From positions 1 through 58,397 of the forward strand of contig CADBTV010000065.1 in NCBI GenBank assembly GCA_902797655.1: a stretch of DNA of 58,397 bases, written 5' to 3'. Origin of the DNA: an uncultured Ruminococcus sp. (lineage in GTDB: Bacteria; Bacillota; Clostridia; Oscillospirales; Acutalibacteraceae). The position numbers and the translations under genes were made by a program. The notes under the pieces are model-generated. The model worked only from the letters and a program-made list of their open reading frames with translations. It was not told the origin of the DNA and made no database searches. Below, piece after piece: positions 19,628-29,510 of this stretch (the first letter of the stretch is position 1; each line of letters opens with the position of its first letter).

Positions 19628-20305
19628 TTACTCGTTGTCTACGTCGTAGTTTTCGCCAAATTTAAGGTTGGAGAATTTGTCATCCTTAACAAATTCTACG
19701 TCCTGCTGATACGCAGGCTTTGCCGCAGGAGCGACAGGCTCGAAAACCTCCTCCTCAGCTTCTTGCGCATACTCCTGCTCTGCCTGAGATTCTTCAGCTT
19801 CATCCTCGACAGGAGTGGTTGGGTATTTCTTGTCGAGCTCTTCCTGCGCTTTGAGAACAGCAGCGTCGGTAGGAAGATCTGTAATAGCCTTGAGGTGAGA
19901 GTTGTAGAGCTCTGTGAGTTCATCGCGGAGAGCGGCTGAATCGCTCTTTAGCTTGAGGTAAACTTCCTTCTGCTTGGATGTGAGCTCGTTAGACTCCTTG
20001 AGAAGTGACTGAGCCTTTGCTTCAGCGTCGGAAACAATCTGAGCTGCCTTTGCGTTAGCTTCCTTGATGGAAGCGTCAGCTACTCTCTGTGAGGATAACA
20101 GCGCATTGCGGACAGTTTCCTCGTCAGCTCTGTACTGCTCAACTCTTGTTGCGAGAATATCCATTTTTCTTATTAAGTCGGATTTCTCCTTCTTCATCTG
20201 CTCAAAAGTTACAATAACCTCATCAATAAACGCGTCAACGTCTTCTCCTCTGTAACCTCTTCCTCGTCTGAAAGAAATATCCTTAATCTCTTCAATAGTC
20301 AACAT
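19628..20305 (-). CDS. divIVA: DivIVA domain-containing cell division protein
   Basis: LTIEEI..F..RGY...EDVDAFID N-domain plus coiled coil; sepF-ylmH-divIVA-ileS synteny; AGGAG SD before ATG 20305. Confidence 0.88.
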   Translation of the reverse strand: MLTIEEIKDISFRRGRGYRGEDVDAFIDEVIVTFEQMKKEKSDLIRKMDILATRVEQYRADEETVRNALLSSQRVADASIKEANAKAAQIVSDAEAKAQSLLKESNELTSKQKEVYLKLKSDSAALRDELTELYNSHLKAITDLPTDAAVLKAQEELDKKYPTTPVEDEAEESQAEQEYAQEAEEEVFEPVAPAAKPAYQQDVEFVKDDKFSNLKFGENYDVDNE

Positions 20306-20315
20306 AATAACACTC

Positions 20316-21083
20316 CTATCTATAATGTTCAATAATAACCTTTAGCCGACCTTTTTTAGTCAGTCCCGACTGTTCTTTAATGATAAACTTTCCGCTTTTG
20401 CGGATTGAGAGAATATCATTTTCTTTGAGAAAATGACTTGTGTTCTTGGTTTCAATATAATTAACCGCTACTTTTCCCGAAGCAATCAGCTCCGCGGTCT
20501 TCCCTCTTGAAAGTCCTGTGAGCGCGGCGGCAACAGCGTCAAGCCGCATTGAGCTTATAATAACGCTGAGCGTTTCCTTGCTTTGCTCAAAAACAAAGGA
20601 GCTCTTGTTAAACGGAATTATCTGCACCCCTACCCTGCCGATTTTCGAAATCTGAGAGGTAACATAAAAGGAAATCTCGCTTTTTACAAAGCAGACCGCC
20701 TGACCCTCGTTGATAACTATATCGCCGACGGAGGCCCTTTCAATTCCCAAGCCCATCAGAGAACCGAGAACATCGCGGTGGCTGAGCTTGTCCGACTTGC
20801 GAAACTTAAAGCATACAGGCTCCAGAGGATAATCCTGCTCGTCTGTTTCATAATCGCAGAATGATGCGATATTGCGCACAGAGCCATCGTATCCGCCGAA
20901 GTAAGACGCTTCATAGTGAAACGAGGAAAGATATTCGTTAAGTATGTATTGCTCTCTCTCGTTTAGAAATCCGAGAAATACGGGCTTGTGCCTAAGCTGA
21001 GAAAGCCTGACGGCATCGTCCGCCCGGGAAAGTAACTCTTTGTCGTCTTTATCAGAAGTATACACCGCTGTTTTCGAGTTCAT
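20316..21083 (-). CDS. ylmH: YlmH-like S4-domain RNA-binding protein
   Basis: FLNERE, LSHRDVLGSLMGLGIER..GDI, SMRLD, D.LSIR, TKKGR; start uncertain. Confidence 0.9.
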   Translation of the reverse strand: MNSKTAVYTSDKDDKELLSRADDAVRLSQLRHKPVFLGFLNEREQYILNEYLSSFHYEASYFGGYDGSVRNIASFCDYETDEQDYPLEPVCFKFRKSDKLSHRDVLGSLMGLGIERASVGDIVINEGQAVCFVKSEISFYVTSQISKIGRVGVQIIPFNKSSFVFEQSKETLSVIISSMRLDAVAAALTGLSRGKTAELIASGKVAVNYIETKNTSHFLKENDILSIRKSGKFIIKEQSGLTKKGRLKVIIEHYR

Positions 21084-21507
21084 CAAGGAGGTCGTCGCCG
21101 GTGAGGTCAACGTTGTTCGGAATGATGATGAAGGTGCTGGAAGCTACTCTCTTGATTTTGCCGCGGTTCGCGTAAGCAACTCCGCTCAAAAAGTCAATGA
21201 TTCTTCTGGACATATCCTTGTTGGTTTCTTCAAGGTTGAGTACAACTGTATGAGTTTTGATAAGCTCGTCAGCGATTGCTCTTGTTTCCTCACCGAATCT
21301 CTCCGGCTTAAAGAGAGCTACCTGGAGCTTTGCTGTAGCGCTGATGTTAACGACCTTGTTTCTGCTGTCTCTTGATGAAGGATACGGAGAAACGTCGTCG
21401 TAATCATCCTCGTCGTTCTCAGCGTAACCGTACTCGTCGTAGCCGTTATCATATTCTTCGTCGGGAGCGTCCCACATACGTTTAAACTTATCTACAAAAC
21501 CAGCCAT
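21052..21507 (-). CDS. sepF: Cell division protein SepF
   Basis: N-terminal amphipathic helix, VVLNLE, RRIIDFLSG..YA..G, FIIIP.NV. Confidence 0.94.
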   Translation of the reverse strand: MAGFVDKFKRMWDAPDEEYDNGYDEYGYAENDEDDYDDVSPYPSSRDSRNKVVNISATAKLQVALFKPERFGEETRAIADELIKTHTVVLNLEETNKDMSRRIIDFLSGVAYANRGKIKRVASSTFIIIPNNVDLTGDDLLDELENSGVYF

Positions 21508-21526
21508 TGAAATTTCCTCCTATACT

Positions 21527-22243
21527 TTATGCCTGATAATTTCGCGCGCCAAAAAGTGACGAACCTATTCTAACCATTGTCGCGCCTGATAATATTGCTT
21601 CATAATAATCAGCGGACATACCCATTGAAAGTATATCCATAGATATATTATCTATTTTTTTGCCCGAGATGTCAATGAATATATTGTTCATTTTACTGAA
21701 AAATTTCTGAATTTTTTGTGGACTATCACAAATAGGCGGTATACACATCAGACCTTTGACAGAAATATTCTCAAAATCCTTTATTTCGTCAAGAAGTTCA
21801 ACGAGTCGTTCGGGCTCGACTCCGCTTTTGCTTTCTTCGCCGCCGATGTTAACCTCAACAAGAATATCGGTCTTAACGTTATTCTTGAGGGACTGCTTTG
21901 AGACTTCCTTCGCAAGCTTGACGCTGTCAACAGACTGAATCAAATCAACCTTGCCGACAATCTGCCTGACCTTGTTGGATTGCAGATGACCGATAAATTG
22001 CAGAGAAGCGTTTTTCAGGTCGTATTCATCGTATTTTGATAAAAGCTCCTGAACCTTGTTCTCGCCGATATATTTAAGTCCGAGTGAAATTGCGTAGTTG
22101 ATAGCCTCCGGAGCAACTGTTTTGGTTGCAGAAAGGAAGGTTATATCCTCGCGCGACTTGCCGACTTTTTGAGCGGCTTCAGATATCCGCTCCTCTATGT
22201 GATTGTAATTATACTCAATATCACGTAATAACTTTTCCGTCAT
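21527..22243 (-). CDS. yggS: YggS family PLP homeostasis protein
   Basis: ATKT, GENKVQE, FIGHLQSNK, SVDS, GLMCI, SMGMS.D, VRIGS. Confidence 0.96.
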   Translation of the reverse strand: MTEKLLRDIEYNYNHIEERISEAAQKVGKSREDITFLSATKTVAPEAINYAISLGLKYIGENKVQELLSKYDEYDLKNASLQFIGHLQSNKVRQIVGKVDLIQSVDSVKLAKEVSKQSLKNNVKTDILVEVNIGGEESKSGVEPERLVELLDEIKDFENISVKGLMCIPPICDSPQKIQKFFSKMNNIFIDISGKKIDNISMDILSMGMSADYYEAILSGATMVRIGSSLFGARNYQA

Positions 22244-23516
22244 AAAGATTATCTCCTTTTATAACAACTTGGTCGTAAAGCTCGAGCGTTTCGCCGCTGA
22301 ACAACACCTTCTCGGCAGGAGCAGGATTACACAACACATAATCGCTTGCGGAATATGTAATCGAGATTTCCTTAAAAATCAGCTCGGAGCCGTGGAGCAC
22401 GTAAACGCCCTGCACCTTTTTCTTCTCCTTGATTTCCTTGCCGTTTTTGTCTGTTCTGGTACGTGTTACGTAGTCCTCGTGTATTGCTCTCTTGCTAACT
22501 TTGAGCCCTGAATACGACATAGTAGTAATTTCGACGTTTTCTTTTCTCGCGTCGGCAAGGAAGCTGTTCATATAATCACAGGCAAGCACGAGGACTGCCT
22601 TGTCCTGCTTTGTTCTTTGATTAATCGAATAGATGCTGGTCGGGATTTTTTCCGTAGTAACAGAAGGCATTGAAACGTAAATTGTGGCTTCACTGTTCAA
22701 AAGCTTCGCAAGGGATACAGTATCGTCAGGAGAAACCTCGCAAACTATGTACCATTCCGGGTTGGTGACAATCTTGCCGACTACATTGGAGTCAATCTTT
22801 TTCTTTTTGAGCTTGCGGAACTTTCCGACAGAGAGCTTGTCGATTTTTGAAAAGTCAACTGTTTTTTCATACCCGTCAGTCGCTGAGATAAAATATCCGG
22901 CTTTTCCGGCAGAAACAGAGCCGAGCTTACCCGAGCAGTTGGATTCGAGCTTTGAGCGTTTTCTTTTGAGCTCGTTGATTTTAGCTTTAAAGTTCTTGAC
23001 GCTGCCGGTAGTGAGCTGGCGTTCACAGATAGTAAGCAGGAGGCTGTTGCAGTTTTCTCCGGCGTCCTCCAGTTTTCCTTCGTTGACGTTGGAAATAATG
23101 GAGAAGATATTATTGTTGATCTGTGTGTTGATTGTATCAAGACCTACAGAATCCTTGTAGTAGCTGTCGCTGAGAGTTTGGAGCGATTTTATCTGACTGT
23201 TGATTTTCTTGATCTGTTGTCTTGAAACAGCGTCGCTCTCGTTGTTATAAATATCCGCGATATTCTGCCCTGCGCTGATGTTGTCTCCGTCGTTTACGTT
23301 GTAGGAAAGCACGCCGATTTCATTGTTTGTAACGTAGGATTCCTCACGCACAATAAACGCCTCGCTGTTTATAATATCGGATACCGTATTTGAGACCGCT
23401 TCCTCGGTATCGACTGCCTTGGCAAAATTGGAATTCGCGAAAAGGTAGACGATATACGAGACTATGAGTATGGTCAACAGTCCGAATATGATTCTTTTAA
23501 ATAATAGTTTATCCAT
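22221..23516 (-). CDS. Membrane-anchored HlyD/membrane-fusion-like protein of unknown function
   Basis: N-terminal TM, lipoyl-like half-motifs (G.LSY...DGDNISAG..IA; VSAGKAGYF...DGYE) around a coiled coil, C-terminal LELYDQVV. Confidence 0.65.
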   Translation of the reverse strand: MDKLLFKRIIFGLLTILIVSYIVYLFANSNFAKAVDTEEAVSNTVSDIINSEAFIVREESYVTNNEIGVLSYNVNDGDNISAGQNIADIYNNESDAVSRQQIKKINSQIKSLQTLSDSYYKDSVGLDTINTQINNNIFSIISNVNEGKLEDAGENCNSLLLTICERQLTTGSVKNFKAKINELKRKRSKLESNCSGKLGSVSAGKAGYFISATDGYEKTVDFSKIDKLSVGKFRKLKKKKIDSNVVGKIVTNPEWYIVCEVSPDDTVSLAKLLNSEATIYVSMPSVTTEKIPTSIYSINQRTKQDKAVLVLACDYMNSFLADARKENVEITTMSYSGLKVSKRAIHEDYVTRTRTDKNGKEIKEKKKVQGVYVLHGSELIFKEISITYSASDYVLCNPAPAEKVLFSGETLELYDQVVIKGDNLYDGKVIT

Positions 23517-24468
23517 CTAAAAACCTCTGTTGTTGTATTAAATCCAAAGCGTATTCGAGTTGGTCTTTGGTGGTTTTGTATTCGTCAATGTTAATCCAGT
23601 TTATGTTTTCATTACGTCTGAACCAGGTGAGCTGGCGTTTTGCGTAATGACGGGTTTCGGTTTTAAGCCTTTCGACGCATTCGTCGAGTGAGGCTTCTCC
23701 CTCAAAATACGGCTTTAGCTGCTTGTAGCCAATAGCCTTTGAGGAGGTTTCGCTGAGTTCGGAATTCAGGACGTTTCGGGCTTCTTCGAGCAAACCGTTT
23801 TTAATCATCAAGTCAACCCTCAGGTTAACTCTGTCGTAGATATACTGCCTGTCCTTTGCGGTTAAGCCGAAAATAATCGTATCGTACTTCGGCTTTTTGT
23901 TCTCCCCTGCTTTGTTTTGTTCAGTAATGGTGGTACCGGTTGTTTTATAAAACTCTATGGCGCGAATAACGCGCTTGGTGTTTCTTTCCTCGCTGAGCCT
24001 TTTTGCGGAATCAGGGTCAAATTCAGCAAGAACGCTGAGCAAATAATCAACGCCCTTTTCGTTCGCGATTGAGTTCAGTTCTTCACGGAGCTTTAAGTCC
24101 GAGCTGTTTTCGACAAAGTCAATATCATTCAAAAGCGAATCGACATACAAGCCTGTTCCGCCGCACAGCACCGGGATTTTGTTTTTTGAGATAATTTCAT
24201 CAATAGCCTTCTGAGCGTCGAGCACATACTGACCGACAGAATACTTTTGAGCAGGGTCGAGAAAGTCGATAAGGTGGTGCTTAACGCCGCACATTTCCTC
24301 CATGGTCGGCTTTGCTGTAGCAATTTCCATCGACTTATAAATCTGCATACTGTCCGCAGAAACAACTTCTCCGTCGAGCTTTTTGCAGAGTTCGATTGAA
24401 AGTGAGGTTTTTCCGGAAGCTGTCGGTCCGACTACAACAATTAGCTTTGTTTTCAATTTAATCGTCAC
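23509..24468 (-). CDS. miaA: tRNA dimethylallyltransferase
   Basis: GPTASGKT, SADSMQIY, TAKP, GGTGLY, AIGYK, YAKRQLTWFR. Confidence 0.97.
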   Translation of the reverse strand: MTIKLKTKLIVVVGPTASGKTSLSIELCKKLDGEVVSADSMQIYKSMEIATAKPTMEEMCGVKHHLIDFLDPAQKYSVGQYVLDAQKAIDEIISKNKIPVLCGGTGLYVDSLLNDIDFVENSSDLKLREELNSIANEKGVDYLLSVLAEFDPDSAKRLSEERNTKRVIRAIEFYKTTGTTITEQNKAGENKKPKYDTIIFGLTAKDRQYIYDRVNLRVDLMIKNGLLEEARNVLNSELSETSSKAIGYKQLKPYFEGEASLDECVERLKTETRHYAKRQLTWFRRNENINWINIDEYKTTKDQLEYALDLIQQQRFLDG

Positions 24469-24483
24469 AGCCTTTCCGGTTAA

Positions 24484-26466
24484 TTATACTCTGCCGAATT
24501 GTTTCTCGAGTTCATAACGAGTTATTACGGTGCACACAGGTCGTCCGTGAGGACAATAACGGAGGGTTTCATCCGAGTCAACCTGGTTCGCAATGTCGAT
24601 TAGTTCCTCGCGAGTGCTGATATTTCCGCCTTTAATCGCGGCTCTGCACGCAACATTGTGGTAAATCCAGTCCATTTTCTCGGAACGAATATCGTTTTTG
24701 TTCTGAGCTATATAGCCTGCCATCTCAATCACCGATGATTCAACGTCATCAAGTGCGAGATACTGCGGAGCTGCTCTGACAATTAACGAGCCGTTGCCGA
24801 AGTCGTCAACGTCAAACGCGCACTCGGTGAACATATCGAGGTTGCTGATTGCGGCTTCATAGTCAATTTTGTTCAGTAAGACCACAATTGGTTCGAGAAG
24901 CACCTGCGAGAAGCCGGCTCCCCTTTCCCTCTTGAGTCTTTCATAAATCATACGCTCGTGAGCGGCGTGCTTGTCTATGATTACAATTTCCTTGTCGTTT
25001 TTCTCGACGAATATATACGTCTTGAACGCTTCGCCGATGAAAACGAGCTTGTTCTTCGGCTGTTCAAAAATCGGCTTTGGCTCCTCGGCTTGCGCTGCTT
25101 CGGCTACAACCTCGGGCTCAGACTTCAAGACAGGTTTTTGAGATTTCTGCGGCTTTAAATCCGAAACAATCTCGGTGTCAATCGACTTGGTTTTTATATC
25201 TTCAATTTTCTCGTCGAGATTTGTTTGCCTTGTTACTGCCTGTTTTGAATAAACATCAAGCGGACTTTTTACATCGAAAAAGCTCGGATGAGGATTTTGG
25301 GTTAAATTAGGTTTTATCTTTTCAACAATGCTGTCAAGCTGAGAGAACGGGTCATCGGGCTTTGCCGGAGTATTATTGTTGAATACTGACTTTACTGCGG
25401 TAAACGGCTTCGGCTTACGCAAATCCGAGAACGCGTCGTCCTTGGGCTGACTGGCAAAGGTTATCTGCTTGCGCGCGTCGTTTTGGCTCAGAGAAGTCTT
25501 TACAGAATGATACACCGCGTCGAATACCGGCCGTTCGTTTATAAACCTGACCTCGATTTTCGATGGATGCACGTTGACGTCAATCGCTTCAAAGGACATC
25601 TCAATATACAGTACGCACGCAGGAAACTTGCCGACCATTACAGAACCCTTACATGCTTCCTCCAGCGCGACAGAAGCTGTTCTGGAGCGAACGTAACGTC
25701 CGTTTATAAAGAAGTTCTGCATACTTCGGTTCGGTCTTGAATTAACCGGCCGTGAGATATAGCCTTTAACCTTAATGCCGTCAAGCTCGTAATTAACGGG
25801 CATTAAGCCGTCGGCAAAGTCCTTGCCGTATACGGAATAAATTGCGGATTTCACCTTGCCGTCGCCGGAGGTTCTGAGAACTCGTTTTCCGTCGCGGATA
25901 AAGGTGAAGGCAATTTCCGGATGAGAGAGCGCGGTTTTGTCCACAACATTAGCGACAGCGTTTCCCTCTGCCCTGTCCTTCTTCAAAAACTTCATACGAG
26001 CCGGAATATTGTAGAATAAATCTCTGACTATCATTGTGGTTCCGACCGGACAACCTGCGTCATCAAAGGAGATTTCATCCCCTCCGTCGATTTCATAAGA
26101 GGTTCCGATGTCCTCGCTTTTGTGTCGGGTTAAAAGCTGAAGCTTCGAAACGGATGAAATTGAGGATAAAGCTTCGCCTCTGAATCCAAGAGTTGAGATA
26201 CTTTCGAGGTCGTTTTCGAGCTTAATCTTACTCGTCGCGTGCGGCAGAAACGCGTTTCTGACATCGTCGCGCATAATACCGCAACCGTTGTCGGTGACTC
26301 TCATAAATGTGATGCCACCGTTTTGAATCTCAACTGTAATATCATCGGCGCCGGCGTCAATTGCGTTTTCAATCAATTCCTTAATTGCAGAAGACGGACG
26401 CTCAACAACCTCGCCGGCTGCAATAAGTTCAGCGACGTGCTTGTCGAGTATATTGATAACACCCAT
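24484..26466 (-). CDS. mutL: DNA mismatch repair endonuclease MutL
   Basis: IAAGEVVERP, GFRGEAL, DVNVHP, endonuclease motif DKHAAHER, AC, CPHGRP. Confidence 0.98.
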   Translation of the reverse strand: MGVINILDKHVAELIAAGEVVERPSSAIKELIENAIDAGADDITVEIQNGGITFMRVTDNGCGIMRDDVRNAFLPHATSKIKLENDLESISTLGFRGEALSSISSVSKLQLLTRHKSEDIGTSYEIDGGDEISFDDAGCPVGTTMIVRDLFYNIPARMKFLKKDRAEGNAVANVVDKTALSHPEIAFTFIRDGKRVLRTSGDGKVKSAIYSVYGKDFADGLMPVNYELDGIKVKGYISRPVNSRPNRSMQNFFINGRYVRSRTASVALEEACKGSVMVGKFPACVLYIEMSFEAIDVNVHPSKIEVRFINERPVFDAVYHSVKTSLSQNDARKQITFASQPKDDAFSDLRKPKPFTAVKSVFNNNTPAKPDDPFSQLDSIVEKIKPNLTQNPHPSFFDVKSPLDVYSKQAVTRQTNLDEKIEDIKTKSIDTEIVSDLKPQKSQKPVLKSEPEVVAEAAQAEEPKPIFEQPKNKLVFIGEAFKTYIFVEKNDKEIVIIDKHAAHERMIYERLKRERGAGFSQVLLEPIVVLLNKIDYEAAISNLDMFTECAFDVDDFGNGSLIVRAAPQYLALDDVESSVIEMAGYIAQNKNDIRSEKMDWIYHNVACRAAIKGGNISTREELIDIANQVDSDETLRYCPHGRPVCTVITRYELEKQFGRV

Positions 26467-26478
26467 TTATTTCACCAC

Positions 26479-29073
26479 CTAAATCATATTTTTGAGTTCA
26501 TATAGTAAGTTCATAGCCTCAATCGGCGTGAGCGTGTTCAAGTCAACGCTGTTTAACTTGTCGGCGATTGCTAAGTCAACCTGCGGCATAAGACTGAGCT
26601 GCTCGCCTGGTTCATCCTTAGGCTTTGGATTAGGACGCGTATCGCCTGACTTTCCGCTTTCGAGGTCACTTAGGATTTCCTTGGCTCTTTCGATTATTTT
26701 GTCAGGAAGTCCGGCGAGCTTTGCGACCTCAATGCCGTAGCTGTCGTCAGCTCCTCCGGGTACAATACGCCTCAGGAAAGTAATATCATCTCCGTGCTTT
26801 TTAACGGCAATGTTGTAATTGTTAACGCCCTCGATGACGTCCTCCATCACTGTAAGCTCGTGATAATGAGTTGCAAAAAGTGTTTTTGCGCCGAGTTTCT
26901 TTTTGTCGATGACGTATTCAAGCACTGACCTTGCAATGCTCATTCCGTCAAAAGTAGAGGTGCCTCGTCCGATTTCGTCAAGAATCAAAAGCGACTTGGA
27001 AGTAGCATTGGTTACAATATGAGCAACCTCGCTCATTTCAACCATAAAGGTTGATTGACCGGAGGCGAGGTCGTCGGACGCGCCGACTCGGGTAAATATA
27101 CTGTCAACAATTCCGATTTCAGCGGATGAAGCAGGTACAAAGCTGCCTATCTGCGCCATTAAGACTATCAGCGCAACCTGGCGCATAAAGGTTGATTTAC
27201 CTGCCATATTGGGGCCTGTGATAATCGCTACGCGATTTGCGGAGCAATTCAGGTATACGTCATTCGGTACAAACGGCGCGCCTTTGAGGAGCATTTCAAC
27301 AACCGGATGACGGCTGTCTTTGAGTATGATGCTGTCTCCGAGGTTTACGTCAGGTCTGATATATCTGTTATCGGCGGCAACGTTAGAGAGAGAACAGAGC
27401 ACATCGAGATTGGAGATTGCTTTGGCTGTTCTCTCGATTCTCTCAAGCTGAGAAGCTACGTGCTTGCGGATTTCATCGAACAGCTTGTATTCCATCGCGA
27501 CCGCCTTGTCCTTGGCTCCGAGAATACGGCCTTCAATTTCTTTGAGCTCCTGAGTTATGTAACGCTCGCAGTTAGTGAGAGTCTGCTTGCGAATGTAGGT
27601 TTCGGGCACCATATTTTTGTATGAATTGGTAACCTCGATATAGTAGCCGAACACGCGGTTGTAGCCTACACGAAGCTTCGGGATTCCTGTCTGCGCGCGT
27701 TGTTCTTCCTCGATTTTGGAGAGCAAGCCGGTTGAGTCGTTCATATCGGAACTTACCAAATCGAGCTCCTCGTTATAACCGCGCTTAATCATTCCGCCCT
27801 CTTTTACGGAAAACGGCGGTTCTTCAACAATTGCGCTGTCGATAAGAGAATAAATATCCTCGAGAGGGTCGAGTGATTTATAAATACTCTTTAAGAGAGT
27901 CGAGCGGCAATTCTTTAAGAATTCCTTTATGCTCGGAAGCTTTTCAAGCGCGGAGCAAAGAGAGCGAAGCTCGCGTGCATTAGCAGAGCCGTAGACGATT
28001 TTTGTCATAATACGCTCAATGTCGAAAATACCGACAAGAGCAGCGGTAATATCAAGTCTCAGAACAGTTTCATTCACAAGCTCCTCGACAGCGCTCTGAC
28101 GGTTGATAATCGTCGTAACGTTCATCAGCGGCTTCTCAACCCAACTTCTGAGCAAGCGCTTGCCCATTGAGGTCTTGGTTTTGTCAAGAACCCAAAGCAG
28201 TGAACCGCGCTTCTCTTTGTTGAGCATTGTCTGAGTCAGCTCGAGATTACGCTGTGTATTGAAGTCGAGCTTCATATACTGATTTTCCGAGAACAGGTTG
28301 ATGTGATTAATACGCTCGAGTCCTGTCTTTTGGGTGTCTTTTAAATATGTCATCAAAGCGCCGAGAACAGACACTACAATTTGCTTGTCCTCGATTGCCT
28401 TGTAATCGGACTCAAATTGTTTTCTGACAATATCCCGGCAAGTGATATACGCAAAGCTCTCGTCAGGAAGCATTTCAACGGTAGTTGAGAGCTTTTCCCT
28501 GATAAACGGGGCCAGCTCCTTAATCTTAACAATATCTCCGCCGATTAGCGTTTCACGCGGATTGTAGCTCGAAAGCTGGCTTTTTATCTTTTCGAAGCCT
28601 TCCTTAGCCTTGAAATCAGTGACGTATAATTCTCCTGTGGAAATATCACAGAAGCACATCGCAATCTGTTTTCCTTCGGAATAAATACAACAGATATAGT
28701 TGTTGAGGCTTTCGTCGAGCATACTGCTTTCTATTACAGTGCCGGGAGTTACGACCCTGACTATATCGCGCTTAACGATGTTTTTAGCCTTTGACGGGTC
28801 CTCCATTTGCTCGCAGATAGCGACCTTGTAGCCCTTTTGCACGAGTCTTGCGATGTAGCTTTCACAGCTGTGGTACGGAACTCCGCACATCGGAGCTCTC
28901 TCCTCGAGTCCGCAGTCGCGTCCGGTGAGGGTTAATTCAAGCTCCTTTGACGCGAGCTTAGCGTCGTCAAAGAACATTTCGTAGAAGTCTCCGAGGCGGA
29001 AAAACAGAATAGAGTCCTTGTTTTCTTCTTTAATTTTGAGGTATTGCTGCATCATAGGAGATAGCTGTCCCAT
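26479..29073 (-). CDS. mutS: DNA mismatch repair protein MutS
   Basis: PMMQQY, GDFYEMF, TGPNMAGKST, DEIGRGT, SYGIEVA. Start ATG 29073 behind AAAGGAG. Confidence 0.98.
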   Translation of the reverse strand: MGQLSPMMQQYLKIKEENKDSILFFRLGDFYEMFFDDAKLASKELELTLTGRDCGLEERAPMCGVPYHSCESYIARLVQKGYKVAICEQMEDPSKAKNIVKRDIVRVVTPGTVIESSMLDESLNNYICCIYSEGKQIAMCFCDISTGELYVTDFKAKEGFEKIKSQLSSYNPRETLIGGDIVKIKELAPFIREKLSTTVEMLPDESFAYITCRDIVRKQFESDYKAIEDKQIVVSVLGALMTYLKDTQKTGLERINHINLFSENQYMKLDFNTQRNLELTQTMLNKEKRGSLLWVLDKTKTSMGKRLLRSWVEKPLMNVTTIINRQSAVEELVNETVLRLDITAALVGIFDIERIMTKIVYGSANARELRSLCSALEKLPSIKEFLKNCRSTLLKSIYKSLDPLEDIYSLIDSAIVEEPPFSVKEGGMIKRGYNEELDLVSSDMNDSTGLLSKIEEEQRAQTGIPKLRVGYNRVFGYYIEVTNSYKNMVPETYIRKQTLTNCERYITQELKEIEGRILGAKDKAVAMEYKLFDEIRKHVASQLERIERTAKAISNLDVLCSLSNVAADNRYIRPDVNLGDSIILKDSRHPVVEMLLKGAPFVPNDVYLNCSANRVAIITGPNMAGKSTFMRQVALIVLMAQIGSFVPASSAEIGIVDSIFTRVGASDDLASGQSTFMVEMSEVAHIVTNATSKSLLILDEIGRGTSTFDGMSIARSVLEYVIDKKKLGAKTLFATHYHELTVMEDVIEGVNNYNIAVKKHGDDITFLRRIVPGGADDSYGIEVAKLAGLPDKIIERAKEILSDLESGKSGDTRPNPKPKDEPGEQLSLMPQVDLAIADKLNSVDLNTLTPIEAMNLLYELKNMI

Positions 29074-29102
29074 ATGATAATCTCCTTTTTGAGAGTTTTG
29101 AA

Positions 29103-29510
29103 TTAAGAGCAGCCTCCGCAGGTTGAGCAGCTGCCTGTGCACGACGGGTCAAAATCGGTTGTATCCGGATCCTCGCCCTGCGCGCAGTTCTGGATAATAG
29201 TAACGATACGGGTTACCATATTGTCAAATTCCTGCTTGGATTCGTTGTAATCCTTCATATGCTGATTTGACATAATGTTTGCGTAAACAGCCTGCATCTC
29301 GCGGTTGAGCTCGGCGATTTTCTCGCCGTCCTTGTCAACCTTCTGAGTTTCTACGTTTATTGAAAGTCTTTTTAAGTTGAATTCCTTGATGTCGTTCTGG
29401 AGCTGTTCGTCCTTATCAGCAAGGGACTCAGCCTCTCTGAGCTTTTTGTAAGGCTCGCTGTCCTGGAGAAGTCTGCCGATTTCTCTTGCGTTTTCTATCA
29501 TTTTATCCAT
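29103..29510 (-). CDS. YlbF/YmcA (RicA-like) family regulator with Cys-rich C-terminus
   Basis: Helical YlbF-like pattern (A.EIG..L..S..Y; N..M.DY); miaB-X-mutS synteny like B. subtilis ymcB-ymcA; tail CTGSCSTCGGCS. Confidence 0.8.
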   Translation of the reverse strand: MDKMIENAREIGRLLQDSEPYKKLREAESLADKDEQLQNDIKEFNLKRLSINVETQKVDKDGEKIAELNREMQAVYANIMSNQHMKDYNESKQEFDNMVTRIVTIIQNCAQGEDPDTTDFDPSCTGSCSTCGGCS

